NCBI GenBank assembly: GCA_963727165.1 | Contig: CAVSFJ010000022.1 | Span: 53,726-117,725, forward strand | Source of the DNA: an uncultured Alphaproteobacteria bacterium | Lineage (GTDB): Bacteria; Pseudomonadota; Alphaproteobacteria; Rhizobiales; Methyloligellaceae | Direction of reading: 5' to 3' | Length of the DNA stretch: 64,000 nucleotides | In this document: in pieces, positions 36,306-44,487 of the stretch | Position numbering within the stretch: the stretch's first letter is position 1 | Layout: each line of letters opens with the position of its first letter | Translations under genes and position numbers: made by a program | Notes under the pieces: generated by a model | The model's database searches: none | Told to the model about the DNA's origin: nothing | What the model saw: the letters and a program-made list of their open reading frames with translations, nothing else

Positions 36306-36953
36306 CTACTGCGCGGCCTTGGCCGCGAGCCGCAAGTCCTTGACGAGATGGTCGAATTCGCGCCGCTTGTCGTGCTCTTCCTGGAGTCTCAGCAGATAAG
36401 ACGGGTGGACGGTAATGAGCGCCTGGGCGTCGCCGGGCAGCGCCATGAGGCGTCCGCGGTTGGCGTTGATGGTCATCGTCTTGCCCATCACCGCGCGCGC
36501 CGCTGTGGCACCGAGCGCCACGACCACGCGCGGGCGAATGATCTCGAACTCGTTCTCCAGCCACCAGCGGCAGGCGTCGATCTCGCTGATGTCAGGCTTC
36601 TTGTGAATGCGGCGCTTGCCGCGCGGCTCGTTCTTGAAGTGCTTCACCGCGTTGGTGATGTAGACGCCGTCGCGGGCGATGTCGGCAGCTTCGAGCGCCG
36701 TGTCGAGAACCTTGCCGGCGGGGCCGACGAAGGGGCGCCCCCTCACATCCTCCTGCTCTCCGGGCTGCTCGCCTACCAGCATGAGGGCTGCATCGGCCGG
36801 GCCTTCGCCGAACACGGTCTGGGTGGCGTTCCTGTAGAGCTCGCAACGGGTGCAGCGCCTGGCCTCGGCCGCGAGCAGCCGGATGGCCTCGGCGGGATCG
36901 TTGACCCGCTTTTCCCGGAATAAAGGAAGATCAGCTTCCGGCCTTTGCGGCAT
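36306..36953 (-). CDS. udgX: UdgX-family uracil-DNA binding protein
   Basis: CTRC, GEQPG, NAVKHF, KRRIH loop, HPS. Confidence 0.85.
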   Translation of the reverse strand: MPQRPEADLPLFREKRVNDPAEAIRLLAAEARRCTRCELYRNATQTVFGEGPADAALMLVGEQPGEQEDVRGRPFVGPAGKVLDTALEAADIARDGVYITNAVKHFKNEPRGKRRIHKKPDISEIDACRWWLENEFEIIRPRVVVALGATAARAVMGKTMTINANRGRLMALPGDAQALITVHPSYLLRLQEEHDKRREFDHLVKDLRLAAKAAQ

Positions 36954-37085
36954 GGGACAGGCTAACTCTGTTCCGCGATGCAAGGCAAAGGGTTGTGCGC
37001 AAAGCCTTACAAGAGCCGCCAAATGGCCTTATATGGGAGCAGGGTCGGGGGGCGCCGTTAACTTTAGCTCCGAGGTGTCAAAGAC

Positions 37086-38441
37086 ATGTTGGACGACATG
37101 CCACGGGAGAGCACCGCCCTGGTCGCATCATCGGCATCCGATGTGGCGGCATACGCCGATGAGCCTTCCGGCAAGCCGGCCAAGGTGAGCCGCCGTTCGC
37201 GCGCGGTCCGGCAGAAGGTGGTGAAGCCCAGCGCGCTCGGCATGCTGCTCAGGCCCATCGGCATTGCGGTCGGGGTTGTGCTCATTGCCTACGCCCTGTT
37301 GTCGCTCGGCACGACCTTCTATCGCAGCTATTACCGTCATCTCGACCAAACGGCTGCGGTGCATCCCGACAAGAGCATGTTCGACGTCTTCTTTGGCGAC
37401 AGCACGCTGCCGCCGGACGCGGTCGATCTCGTGGTCAAGGACGTGGACGGCACGCTGCACAAGGTGGTGGCGAGCAAGTCGGAGACCGACAAGTTCGTCA
37501 ACGACACCATCCTCATGCTCGACGATGAGCGTCAGCGCATCAAGGAGGCGGCGCATCAGGATCTCGACCGCACCTTCGCGCTCGCCTTCCAGGACCGCGA
37601 GCAAGCCATCAATTCCTACGCCGACTGGTTCTTCGCCTGGAAGCGCTCCTACGTGGTGCTGAAGGAGACCATCTCGTCCGCCATCACCCGGTTCTTCGAG
37701 ACCGGCAAGTACGAGTCGGTGACCGAGGCCGTCGAGGCCGACGTCAACGACTACTTCCGGAAGAATTATACGGAGCAGGTGCTGAAGCCGGAGCTGCGCG
37801 ACGAGACCATCACCAAAGGCGTCGAGCAGGCCGCGCGCCACGCCCATGACAGCTATCGGCGGGTGATCGCCAATTCAGACATGCGGCTTCAGCTGTTCCT
37901 TGCCAAGCACACGAGCCATATGGAGGACATCCCGGCCACGGCCTCGATGACCAACGTCAAGCTCGACTGGGATGCGCAGAAATGGAAGGCGCCCACCTAT
38001 CTGATGGACGATAGCGCTTTTGACGGCATCGTCGGCGTCGGCACGGCGGCGGCCGGCGGCACGGTCGGCGCGCTGGCGCTCGGCCCTGCGTTCGACAGCA
38101 TTCTCGCCCGCAGCTTCGGGCAGCTGTCGCAGCGCCTCGCTACCTCGCTCGGCACGAGAGTCGCTTATGCCGAAGGTGGCGCGGTCGCCGGCACGGTCGT
38201 CCAGCCCATGGGCGGGCAGGTGATCGGCGCCGCCATCGGCATTGCCATCGGTACGGTCGCCGACTATCTGGCCAATGAGGCCAACGAGGCGATCAATCGC
38301 GACAGTTTCGTCGCCGCCAACAATGAGGCGCTCGACGCGACGATCGCTGCGTGGAAGTCGGGGCTTGAGGCCAGCGTCGACACAGCCATCGACAAATGGT
38401 TCGATGACGCGAGGGCCTCCGTTGTACTTGCCTCCCAATAA
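37086..38441 (+). CDS. Hypothetical membrane-anchored protein with glycine-zipper segments
   Basis: 451-aa ORF with good codon usage, N-terminal TM and C-terminal GxxxG-rich helices. Confidence 0.8.
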   Translation: MLDDMPRESTALVASSASDVAAYADEPSGKPAKVSRRSRAVRQKVVKPSALGMLLRPIGIAVGVVLIAYALLSLGTTFYRSYYRHLDQTAAVHPDKSMFDVFFGDSTLPPDAVDLVVKDVDGTLHKVVASKSETDKFVNDTILMLDDERQRIKEAAHQDLDRTFALAFQDREQAINSYADWFFAWKRSYVVLKETISSAITRFFETGKYESVTEAVEADVNDYFRKNYTEQVLKPELRDETITKGVEQAARHAHDSYRRVIANSDMRLQLFLAKHTSHMEDIPATASMTNVKLDWDAQKWKAPTYLMDDSAFDGIVGVGTAAAGGTVGALALGPAFDSILARSFGQLSQRLATSLGTRVAYAEGGAVAGTVVQPMGGQVIGAAIGIAIGTVADYLANEANEAINRDSFVAANNEALDATIAAWKSGLEASVDTAIDKWFDDARASVVLASQ

Positions 38442-38646
38442 GCTCGCCGCAACGTCAGACGACTCGCAGAAGCGGCCTTGGGGCGAAGCGCCCAAGCTGA
38501 GCCACGTGCCGTGGCTCGCCGAAGCCGGCGTGGCACCTCCGAAGTTCGGTTTTTCCGGGAATTCCGGGGCGGAATTTCGGTCGCATTTCCGCCGCTTGGC
38601 GCGCTATCCTGAGCCTAAGAAAGAAAACGGTAGGGGCGTTACGGGG

Positions 38647-39210
38647 ATGGAGGAAAACGTCAGAGCCATCGCGCGTCCGGCAGCGAGCCGGTCTCTGCGC
38701 GAGGCGATCCGCAAAGCCCGCGTCGAGGAGGCCGAGCGCCTCGACGTCACCGCCGATGCCCGCGATGGCGAGATCGCGCGGCTCGAGCTGCTCCAGGCCG
38801 AGCTCGAAACGGTGTTTGCCGACATTCCGGGCCAAGACGACCGCTTCAACTTGGCGCTGGTGCCGAGCCGGCCCGCGCGGCTGTGGGTCGATCTGTTCAC
38901 CTATGTGGCGATTGACGACGGCTCAGGCGCATACCTGTTCATCCGCAACAGCGAGAATGGACGGCGCACCCTGTTCAGCGCCAGCAACGTCTCCGACATG
39001 GCGGACCGCATCACGACCTACATGGCGCACGAGATCGTGCGGCGGGAGCGTGTGGAAGCGGCTCTTCTGGAGCCGGGGCCGCGTCAGAACCTCGTCGGGG
39101 AGCCGGAGCGTTCGGGTCCCAGCATGAGCGTCGTACTCTCGGCGTTTGTCATCGGCGTCCTCACCGGCGCGGCAGGCCTGTTCGCAGCGGTGTGGCTCAG
39201 CATTCCCTGA
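38647..39210 (+). CDS. Conserved hypothetical protein with C-terminal TM
   Basis: E.ARLELL..EL..VF, RLWVD, YMAHEIVRRE, then a C-terminal hydrophobic helix. Confidence 0.78.
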   Translation: MEENVRAIARPAASRSLREAIRKARVEEAERLDVTADARDGEIARLELLQAELETVFADIPGQDDRFNLALVPSRPARLWVDLFTYVAIDDGSGAYLFIRNSENGRRTLFSASNVSDMADRITTYMAHEIVRRERVEAALLEPGPRQNLVGEPERSGPSMSVVLSAFVIGVLTGAAGLFAAVWLSIP

Positions 39211-40108
39211 GCACGCGTCGCTCGCATTCCCACACTTGATCGTTGCTTGCCGCTGCGCGCCCGACCATTTCCACGCGCCATCCGTTGCCGGCCTTCTCGA
39301 TGTTGTATTCGTTGTAGCGCGCCGCGGGCCTGCGGGTCCCCACGGCCTCTGACGCTGACGGCACACCGACGATGATCGCGGGGCCGGTGGCCGTGTCGAC
39401 CTCGCGCACCGTTTGCCTGTGGTCGTGACCGTGGAGCACCAGCTCGGCACCATGTTTGCGCAAAATCTCACGGAACTTCTTCGCGTCGCGCAGGCCCCGC
39501 GCCCAGCTGGCTTGGCCGGGGAGCGGCGGATGGTGAATCAGCACCACGCGGAACAGGCCTTCGCGCCCCAGACGATCGAGCGCGCTGGCGAGAAAGGACA
39601 GCTGGTCCTTACCGAGCTTGCCGGCGGCGACGAAGGGCATGGTGGGAATCGCCGAGGACAGCGCGATGATGCCGACGTCACCGAAGCGGCGCACGAAGGG
39701 GAAGCCGTCCTTCGGGGTCGCGAATAGCGCCTCGCCCGCCTCGTTCGATTCCATATAGGGCTGCCAATGCCCGGTGCCGCGCTCGGGATGGAGCCGCACA
39801 TAGGCATCGTGATTGCCGGGGATCGCGGTGACGTCATCCGGGCTCCCTAGATGATGCAGCCAGTCCGCGGCGCGTAAGTATTCCTCCGGCAGCCCCAAAT
39901 TGACCAGGTCACCGGTGACGGCGATGTGGTCGGGGTCGCGCTCGCCGAGATCGTGGGTGAGGAGATCGAGGATCTCGCGCCGGTGCACGAATTTGCGGCC
40001 GCGATGCCAGTTCACGTAGCCGAGGATGCGCTTGGACAAGAGCTGCCGGCGCCTGGCGCGCGGCAGCGGGCTCAAATGGATGTCGGAGAGATGGGTGAGG
40101 GTGAACAC
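39197..40108 (-). CDS. Metallophosphoesterase
   Basis: HLSDIH, TGDLVN, PGNHD, HHPP, HGHDH. Confidence 0.9.
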   Translation of the reverse strand: MFTLTHLSDIHLSPLPRARRRQLLSKRILGYVNWHRGRKFVHRREILDLLTHDLGERDPDHIAVTGDLVNLGLPEEYLRAADWLHHLGSPDDVTAIPGNHDAYVRLHPERGTGHWQPYMESNEAGEALFATPKDGFPFVRRFGDVGIIALSSAIPTMPFVAAGKLGKDQLSFLASALDRLGREGLFRVVLIHHPPLPGQASWARGLRDAKKFREILRKHGAELVLHGHDHRQTVREVDTATGPAIIVGVPSASEAVGTRRPAARYNEYNIEKAGNGWRVEMVGRAAASNDQVWECERRVLREC

Positions 40109-40271
40109 GGACGAGGGAGGAGACGCCTGAATTTCGACTGTTCGGACACTACCCGCCGCGGTAGAGGATGAAAATCCCGGATTTCAGGCAATTTGCCTGT
40201 GGCGCATATCTCACAGGGCAAAGGGATTCGTCCATCCCACGGCTGACTCCACGATACGCGCCTACTACCCT

Positions 40272-41038
40272 GACAGTTCGGCCTTTGGTAAGGGCAGCAC
40301 GGCGAGCGGAACGTCGTCCGTGGCCATTGGCGACAGTGCAACGGCGTCCGCCGAGAATGCCATCGCCATGGGTCTGAATTCCAGCGCCACAGGCACGAAC
40401 GCCATCGCCATCGGGCAGGGCGCGAGCGCCACCGGCTCCATCGCGATGGGCACGGCGTCCGCGGCCGCAAACGGCGGCGCAGCCTATGGCGACTTTCTCG
40501 ACGGCCACAGGCACGAACAGCACGGCGGTCGGGCCCGAACACGACAGTTGTGCATAAGAACGCCGCCGCGTTCGGTAACGGCGCCACGGCGACGCGCGAC
40601 AACCAGCAAGTGTTCGGCACGTCGTCGAACACCTACACCATGCCGGGTCTCACCTCCGCCGCGAGCAGAGCCGCGCAAGGCAGCCCAACCCACCTCGTCA
40701 CCTCGAACAGCAAAGGCGATCTCGCCGCCTACACGCCGTCCGAGCTCGGCCTTGCCACGACCGGCGATCTAAACGCGATCAACACGCGCATCAGCCGAAC
40801 GAGCGACAGGGCCTTCACCGGCGTGGCCATGGCCTTCGCCATGGCAGGATCGCCGACGCTGCTTAACGGCGAGCACTTCGCCATGACCGGGAACTGGGGC
40901 ACGTTCGAAGGCCAGAATGGGCTGGCCATGAGTGCCGCGCATGCGGCTCGCAAACCACGTGCAGCTCAATGGCGGCGTGGCCTACGGGGTGGGCGAGGAT
41001 CTCGCGGGCGGCCGGGTCGGCGTTCGCGTGGGCTGGTA
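40272..41038 (+). pseudogene. YadA-like trimeric autotransporter copy 1: 5'-truncated (head end, neck, anchor), about 3 frameshifts
   Basis: SSVAIG/NAIAIG head repeats, NQQVFG neck, anchor ending GGRVGVRVGW. No signal peptide is visible. Confidence 0.75.
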
Positions 41039-41070
41039 GGAATCCCGCTTGCACAACCATCGGATTCGCC

Positions 41071-41489
41071 ACCGTTAACCATTCGTTAACCAATATCCGT
41101 CAGCATTCTGATTAATAGGACGCCCCTATCGTCAGTGACAAGAACAGGGGGGTCTTTCGTCCCGGGTTCTACGTGCGTAGGCCGCAAACGCCTCGGCATT
41201 GTCACCGCGACGCCCTCGTTTCCCGTTCCTCGCTCTCGTCCCAAGAGACGTCTGCAGTCCAATCCTTCCCGCCGCGCGCGGACAATAGGGGGCTGTCATG
41301 GGCATGAAATCTTGGCTTCTCGCTTTCTTGGTTCTGATCTTCATGGTCGACGCTTGGGTCGCTCCGGATCGGGCCTTGGCGGTGGAATGCAGCAATGGTG
41401 GCGCCGGTAGTAATCCGGCGGGGAATGACGGTGGGGTCGCCGATAATACAGCTTGCGGCGAGAGCGCCGACGCCAGTGGCGCCGGCAGC
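41071..41489 (+). repeat. Direct repeat A1 (promoter, leader and signal peptide of adhesin copy 2)
   Basis: Near-identical to 44069-44487 (offset 2998). Confidence 0.92.
41075..41090. promoter_or_regulatory. Perfect CtrA box
   Basis: TTAA-CCATTCG-TTAAC. Confidence 0.75.
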
Positions 41490-44038
41490 CAAAACGTGGC
41501 GACGGGCGCCTTCTCCAATGCCAGCGGCGCCGGCAGCTCCAACACCGCGAGCGGCCACTCAGCGAATGCCAGCGGCGCCGGCAGCGGCAACGTCGCAACC
41601 GGTGTCAACGCCTTTGCCACCGGCGACGGCAGCAACAACATTGCGGCCGGCAACTTCTCCAATGCCACCGGCAACAACAGCAGCAATATTTCGGTAGGCA
41701 ACTCTTCCATTGCCAGCGGCGCCGGCAGCGGCAACGTCGCAACCGGTTTCACCGCCCATGCCAGCGGCGACAACAGCAGAAACATCGCGACCGGCGACTC
41801 TGCGGACGCCACCGGCGACGGCAGCGACAACGTCGCAATTGGCCACACGGCCCACGCCATCGGCGCCGGCAGCCACAACGTGGCGACGGGGGCGAGCGCC
41901 AGCGCCAACGGCGACGGCAGCAACAACATTGCGGCCGGCAACTTGTCGAACGCCAGCGGCGACAACAGCGGCAACATCGCGACCGGCAGCAGCGCGAACG
42001 CCAACGGCGCCACCAGCAGAAACATTGCGTCAGGCCTGCAAAGCGACGCCAGCGGCGACAACAGCAGCAACGTGGCGACCGGCGACACTGCGAACGCCAG
42101 CGGCGCCGGCAGCAACAACGTTGCGGCCGGCAACACTGCGAACGCCAGCGGCGCCGGCAGCAGTAACATCGCGACCGGCACCACTGCGAACGCCAGCGGC
42201 GACGCCGGCAGTAACGTTGCGGTCGGCAACGCTACAAACGCCAGCGGCGCCAACAGCAACAACGTGGCGACGGGCAGGCGCCGACTCCAGCGGCGCCGGC
42301 AGCCGCAACATCGCGACCGGCGGCGATGCGGACGCCAGCGGCGCCAGCAGCGACAACATCGCGACTGGCGGCAACGCGCGCGCCTTCGGCGACGGCAGCC
42401 ACAACATTGCGGCCGGCACTAACTCGAATGCCAGCGGCGCCGCCAGCAGAAACATTGCGTCAGGCCTGCTAAGCAACGCCAGCGGCGACGCCAGCAGCAA
42501 CATCGCGACCGGCGAGCTGGCGAAGGCCTTCGGCGACAGCAGCACTAACATCGCGGCCGGCGAACAGGCGAACGCCAGCGGCAACAACAGCCAGAACATG
42601 GCGACAGGCGACGGGCGCCCACGCCAGCGGCGCCGGCAGCCACAACGTGGCGACGGGGGCGGACGTCAACGCCAGCGGCGACGGCGGCGACAACGTGGCG
42701 ACAGGGACGGGCGCCGACTCCAGCGGCGCCAACAGCAACAACGTGGCGACGGGGGCAGGCGCCGACTCCAGCGGCGCCGCCAGCAATAACGTTGCGACCG
42801 GCAACACTGCGGACGCCGCCGGCGCCGGCAGCGGCAACATCGCGACCGGCAGCGGCGCGAAGGCCAGCGGCGACAACAGCAGAAACATTGCGTCAGGCCT
42901 GCTAAGCGATGCCAACGGCGCGGCAGCAGCAACATCGCGACCGGCGACACTGCGAACGCCAGCGGCGCCGGCTCGAGCAATATCGCGCTCGGCGACGGCG
43001 CGGCCGCGACCGGCGACGGCACGACCAACATGGCGCTCGGCATGGGTGCTTCCGCGACCGGCACACAATCCATCGCCATCGGAACGGGCGCCCAGGGCGC
43101 CAACAATGGCTCCGCCCTTGGGGGCAATGCGGTGGCCACGGGCACCAACAGCGCCGCGTTCGGCATCGACAGCACGGCGAGCGGCACTTCCAGCGCGGCT
43201 TATGGCAACAACGCCAGCGCGACGGCGGCGAATGCGGTTGCGCTCGGCGCGGCCGCCGACGCCTCGGCGGCGCGCGCCGTGGCCTTGGGATCGGATGCGG
43301 TGGCCTCGGGCACGTCGGCCCTCGCTATCGGCGACGGCGCGAGCGCGACGCAAACCGGCGCGCTTGCCTTCGGTCTCAACTCCCAATCCACGGGCTCTAA
43401 TGCCATCGCCATCGGTTCGGGAGCGGTCGCCACGGGCTCGGTCGCGGTGGGCGATAGCGCGGCGGCCTCGAACGGCGGCGCGGCCTACGGCGATTTCTCG
43501 ACCGCGACAGGCACCAACAGCACGGCGGTCGGGCCCGAACACGACGGTGGCCTACAAGAATGCCGCCGCCTTCGGCAACGGCGCCACGGCGACGCGCGCC
43601 AACCAGCAAGTGTTCGGCACGACGAGCAACACCTACACCATGCCGGGCCTCACCTCGTCGGCGAGCAAATCGGCGCAAGGCAGCCCGACGCACCTCGTGA
43701 CATCGAACGCGGCCGGCGATCTCGCCGCCTACACCCCGTCCGAGCTCGGCCTTGCCACGACCGGCGATCTAAACGCGATCAACACGCGCATCAGCCGAAC
43801 GAGCGACAGGGCCTTCACCGGCGTGGCCATGGCCTTCGCCATGGCAGGATCGCCGACGCTGCTCGATGGCGAGAAATTTGCCATGACGGGCAATTGGGGC
43901 ACGTTCGAAGGGCAGAACGGGCTCGCCATGAATGCCGCGCTCAAACTCGCAAGCCATGTGCAGCTCAACGGCGGTGTCGCCTACGGGCTCAACGAGGACA
44001 TCGCCGGCGGCCGCGTCGGCGTCCGCGTCGGCTGGTAG
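41298..44038 (+). CDS. YadA-like trimeric autotransporter adhesin copy 2 (frameshifts ~42272, 42605, 42920, 43531)
   Basis: Signal peptide ..ALA/VEC, ~35 14-aa NASGxGSxNxATG repeats, neck, anchor ending RVGW. Confidence 0.82.
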
Positions 44039-44068
44039 TCGCTCGGGCGCACAACCACGTGTGCCTCA

Positions 44069-44487
44069 ACCGTTAACCATTCGTTAACCAATATCCGTCA
44101 GCATTCTGATTAATAGGACGCCCCTATCGTCAGTGACAAGAACAGGGGGGTCTTTCGTCCCGGGTTCTACGTGCGTAGGCCGCAAACGCCTCGGCATTGT
44201 CACCGCGACGCCCTCGTTTCCCGTTCCTCGCTCTCGTCCCAAGAGACGTCTGCAGCCCAATCGTTCCCGCCGCGCGCGGACAATAGGGGGCTGTCATGGG
44301 CATGAAATCTTGGCTTCTCGCTTTCTTGGTTCTGATCTTCATGGTCGACGCTTGGGTCGCTCCGGATCGGGCCTTGGCGGTGGAATGCAGCAATGGCGGC
44401 GCCGGTAGTAATCCGGCGGGGAATGACGGTGGGGTCGGCACCAATACAGCTTGCGGCGAGGGCGCCGACGCCAGCGGCGCCGGCAGT
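44069..44487 (+). repeat. Direct repeat A2 (leader of adhesin copy 3)
   Basis: Near-identical to 41071-41489. Confidence 0.92.
44073..44088. promoter_or_regulatory. Perfect CtrA box
   Basis: TTAA-CCATTCG-TTAAC. Confidence 0.75.

Noticed and set aside
41135-41205. c-di-GMP-I riboswitch (GCAAA..GCCTC resemblance)
   Set aside because: The GGCAAAC/GAAA tetraloop-receptor architecture is not evident; kept only as an unassigned structured leader.
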